A stretch of 64,000 nt of DNA from Haplodiscus bocki (Eukaryota). Within the stretch, counting starts at the first letter, position 1; every line of letters begins with the position of its first letter. The position numbers and the translations under genes are program-made. The stretch lies in contig OZ296658.1 in NCBI GenBank assembly GCA_965655095.1, positions 88,660,001 to 88,724,000 on the forward strand, read 5' to 3'. Below are positions 61,201 to 64,000 of the stretch, one piece after another. Below the pieces are notes generated by a model. The model was given only the letters and a program-made list of their open reading frames with translations, made no database searches and had not been told where the DNA came from.

Positions 61201-64000
61201 GATTTTGTTTTCTGAAAATTACCGTTTAAATTCGTATGGTTGTGCGCAACGAAAAGTATTACTGAATCAACTGCCAAGGGATCGTGGCGATTGTATTAAC
61301 CTTTAATACGGAATCCGTCAACGATAGCTTACTTGCACGTTAGTGTTTGTATTCTGGATCTTTTTAACCATATGAGTTTCAAATATCAGAACAAATGACC
61401 ATTATTTCAAACCTGCGGAGTAAGGTTCCTCAGCGAAGCGTTTTCGAGTCTCCTATTGGACATCTCAAAGGATAACAACCTCTTTCATAGACCCAAATAG
61501 AAATCGATTGAACGAAGCACTACAAAACTTCAAAATTTTGCAGTCAATTTGTCATGTCTTCGAGTTGTGTTGACTGCATCACTAACTGCGTGTTGACTGG
61601 AAGATTTTTGAATTTGTCGTTAAAAATTAATGGACCGATCTGAATCTACTTCACTAATGAATGTGAGTCTCTTCTACTAAAGAGTCTCTTTTTTTAAACT
61701 TTAATTTCAGATATCAAAACAAATACTCGAAACCTGTGGAGTTAGGTTCCTCAGCGAAGCTATTTCAAATCTTCGATATGACATGTCAAAGGATAACAGG
61801 ATAACAACCTCGTTGATGAATCTAATCAAATCGATTGAACAAAGCACTACGAAACCTAAAATTTTTGCAGCTCAATGATCGTCTCTTTGAGATCTGTTGA
61901 CTGCGTCAATAACTGCTAGTTGACTGGAAGATTTTTGGATTTGTCGGTAAAAATTCATAGACCGATCTGAATGCACTTCAATAAGAATGTGAGTCTCCTC
62001 TACTAGAGGTAACAACATCACTTTGTTAGTAATAGAAAATACAAGTAGAAAACCCTCGAGAGACTGGAATTTTAGATGAATGTTTCCAAGAAATGTTTTT
62101 CTATTGGAATTCCATTAGTGCTTCGGGAAAAATGGATGGTGGGATTGAGGAGTTCTCAAGTTTACAAAATAGTTTGAATGATTTGACTGATAGAAACATT
62201 ATATGCATTATATGAATTTTTCTAACCAATGTTTGTTATGAACGAAAACCTGTAGATGATGGTATTTCAAAATTAATGCTGATGGCGCATACCCCAAGCA
62301 ACATAATTTACAATTCAATCTAGAACTGGTTGATTCTTATGGAAGTGATAGAAGAATTAGCGAGGATTTTCATTATTTGCGTGTTTTTGGATATCAAAAA
62401 CGTAGAAGCTATAATTGAAGGTGTAAAAGATGACTTCCGCTGTCATTTTTTGAAGGAGGCATAGATGTGTAGATCAGTATGCAATCAACAACATGGGTGA
62501 AAAGTCTTTTGGCTCCGTTTGGTTCGATCCAGTTGAAATTATCATCAATCCACCTGGATTATGTAAAATAACTGACATCGATAAAGCAATTGGAATTCAA
62601 GTTTGAACAGATGATTTCTCAAGGAAATGTCTTCCCACAACACATCATCATTTAGTGTACACTCTAGGAAAGAATGAAGTTCTGGGTTTTACTTTTCATT
62701 TTAGAAGCTGTAGAACAAATCGTTTGTGTCTTTGACTGGTCGAACAGTGATGAGGAAATTGTTATGGAAGCTATAAAAGAGATTGTGCATGCCTAAAAAT
62801 TAGCTTTCGATTCATTCAAAAGAGAAAAGGAGTTTGTTGAATAAGCTCTAAAAAATGGTTTTCTTCCCACGTAAGCTGCTAAACTGGTTAAAAGTAGAAT
62901 ATTGTTGTTACTTAAGCTTTAAGACCTAATTTTTTTTAGATCACTCTTCGCTTCTGACTTACTGCTCAATGATAAGCTCTGAAATAATTTCGTCTAGCTT
63001 TAGAATTCGCTCATAGAATTCCGGAGATGGTTTGATGTTGTTTCATAGACCATAGACTTTTTTCGTGGTCAAGTGTGTGCTCCTTAGAAATTAGGAAATA
63101 GTGAAGTTCTTGTAAAAGCTGTAAAGTCACCCGTGTTCTTTGTGTTTCGCGTCAGAAAAATGCTAAAAATTGTTGAAGAATCTGTAGAAAAGTATGGGTT
63201 GATGTTGGCACAAGCTTCAGATAATTTCATACTCGAAAATGCAGTTGTTTTGAGGCAGTTAAAGAACCTCAAATTCCGGCTATTTGCATGCGAATAATTA
63301 AATAATTGGTATAGAAGCTATTGAATATGGTCTCCAAGTTGGATGTTTGCTAATCTAAACAGTAGCATAAATTGAATTCCAGTGCTGAAATCAAGGATAT
63401 TAGTCATCGCGAATTCCTTAATGGTAATACTTTTGTTGAATCACAAGGAATAAAATTGACTCCGTTTTCCAGTTTACAATGGTAGAGAAAGGTTATTTTT
63501 AACGTGATCAGTTCGGTAGAAAAATAGGTACAACTTCTTTCCTAATATTTAGGACAACCACTGGTTTGGAACAAACAGTTTTTTTTCGATGAGATGGAAA
63601 CCTAACTACTAAAAAGGAACCAACAACTCAAAAAAAATACTATCCTGAAGGAACTGAAATCAGAGATTTGATTTTGCTGAAGTTTCTGGAGTTACTATAA
63701 ATGACGAAAGGGAGTTTAGTTCAAGGAAACGAATTTCTTGCGAATTGAGATCAAATCGAAAAGTTGATGTTTAAGGTTGATGCTCTGTTAAAAACAAACT
63801 TTCAAAGTGGTTTTCGTGAAGGAAACTCAATTCGATGCTTTAATGTACAATAGAATAAAGTGCGAAACAGCATTTTTGTGGAGACAAATTGTTTCAAAAA
63901 TGATGTTCAATTGTTGTAATTTTTTTTCAAATTTGGTTTTTTTGCAATTGTTAGCATTAGTAGAATTTTTAGCAAATTATGATCCATGAAATAACACAAC

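Larger units (their letters stand above)
50440..64000 (+). repeat. Macrosatellite family C: tandem array of ~2.93 kb monomers (extends beyond the window on the right)
   Basis: Marker GATTGAGGAGTTCTCAAGTTTAC at 50440, 53336, 56275, 59211 and 62143 (periods 2896, 2939, 2936, 2932 bp). It is homologous to the A marker GATTAATGAGTTCTTTAGTTTAC. Confidence 0.98.

Noticed and set aside
34-63989. The many 60-136 aa ORFs of the ORF track as real genes
   Set aside because: They recur only because the DNA is repeated, open and close with homopolymer length (e.g. 110 vs 127 aa versions), and minus-strand ones are antisense shadows of the decayed plus-strand frames.
1-64000. CRISPR array or other repeat-spacer system
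   Set aside because: Sequence between the conserved short motifs is itself repeated, with no unique spacers and no cas-like ORFs.
1-64000. rDNA, 5S, tRNA, snRNA or histone tandem gene cluster
   Set aside because: The unit sizes are suggestive, but I recognise no rRNA, tRNA, snRNA or histone sequence in any monomer.
1-64000. Intact transposon or complete Polinton
   Set aside because: I saw no terminal inverted repeats, LTRs, target-site duplications, or transposase, integrase, RT or polymerase motifs; only short decayed fragments.
1-64000. Whole array as an assembly artefact
   Set aside because: Units carry distinct, shared multi-base variants and structured indels. Single-base homopolymer differences may still be sequencing error, and exact copy number needs read-depth confirmation.

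Overview
The whole 64 kb is one head-to-tail, single-orientation, AT-rich macrosatellite (roughly one-third GC by eye, almost certainly eukaryotic). I found no intact gene, RNA gene, CRISPR array or intact mobile element. It has three homogenised blocks of related monomers: family A (~3.25 kb, 1-33063, 11 full or partial units), family B (~1.24 kb with two ~1.0 kb variants, 33064-~48240, 13 units) and family C (~2.93 kb, 50440-64000, 4 full units plus one partial). A single-copy diverged relict (~48240-50439) lies between B and C. All can be derived from one ~2.55-2.6 kb ancestral monomer: A adds a ~0.7 kb internal duplication, C adds a ~0.32 kb internal duplication, and B has lost ~1.3 kb. 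Translating the + strand by hand through stops and frameshifts shows the monomer is fossil coding DNA. It holds a run of 25-residue DUF4116-like repeats (e.g. DEEIVMEAIKE...EKEFVE*ALKNG). Directly upstream is a segment with a PPG-x-(Y)-x-I-T-D-I...LGFT pattern resembling Polinton/adintovirus-type penton (minor capsid) proteins. The main candidate novelty is therefore a satellite built from decayed, probably virus-related coding sequence, with its diversification history still readable. Protein-family calls come from motif recognition only and need HMM confirmation; any function is inference.
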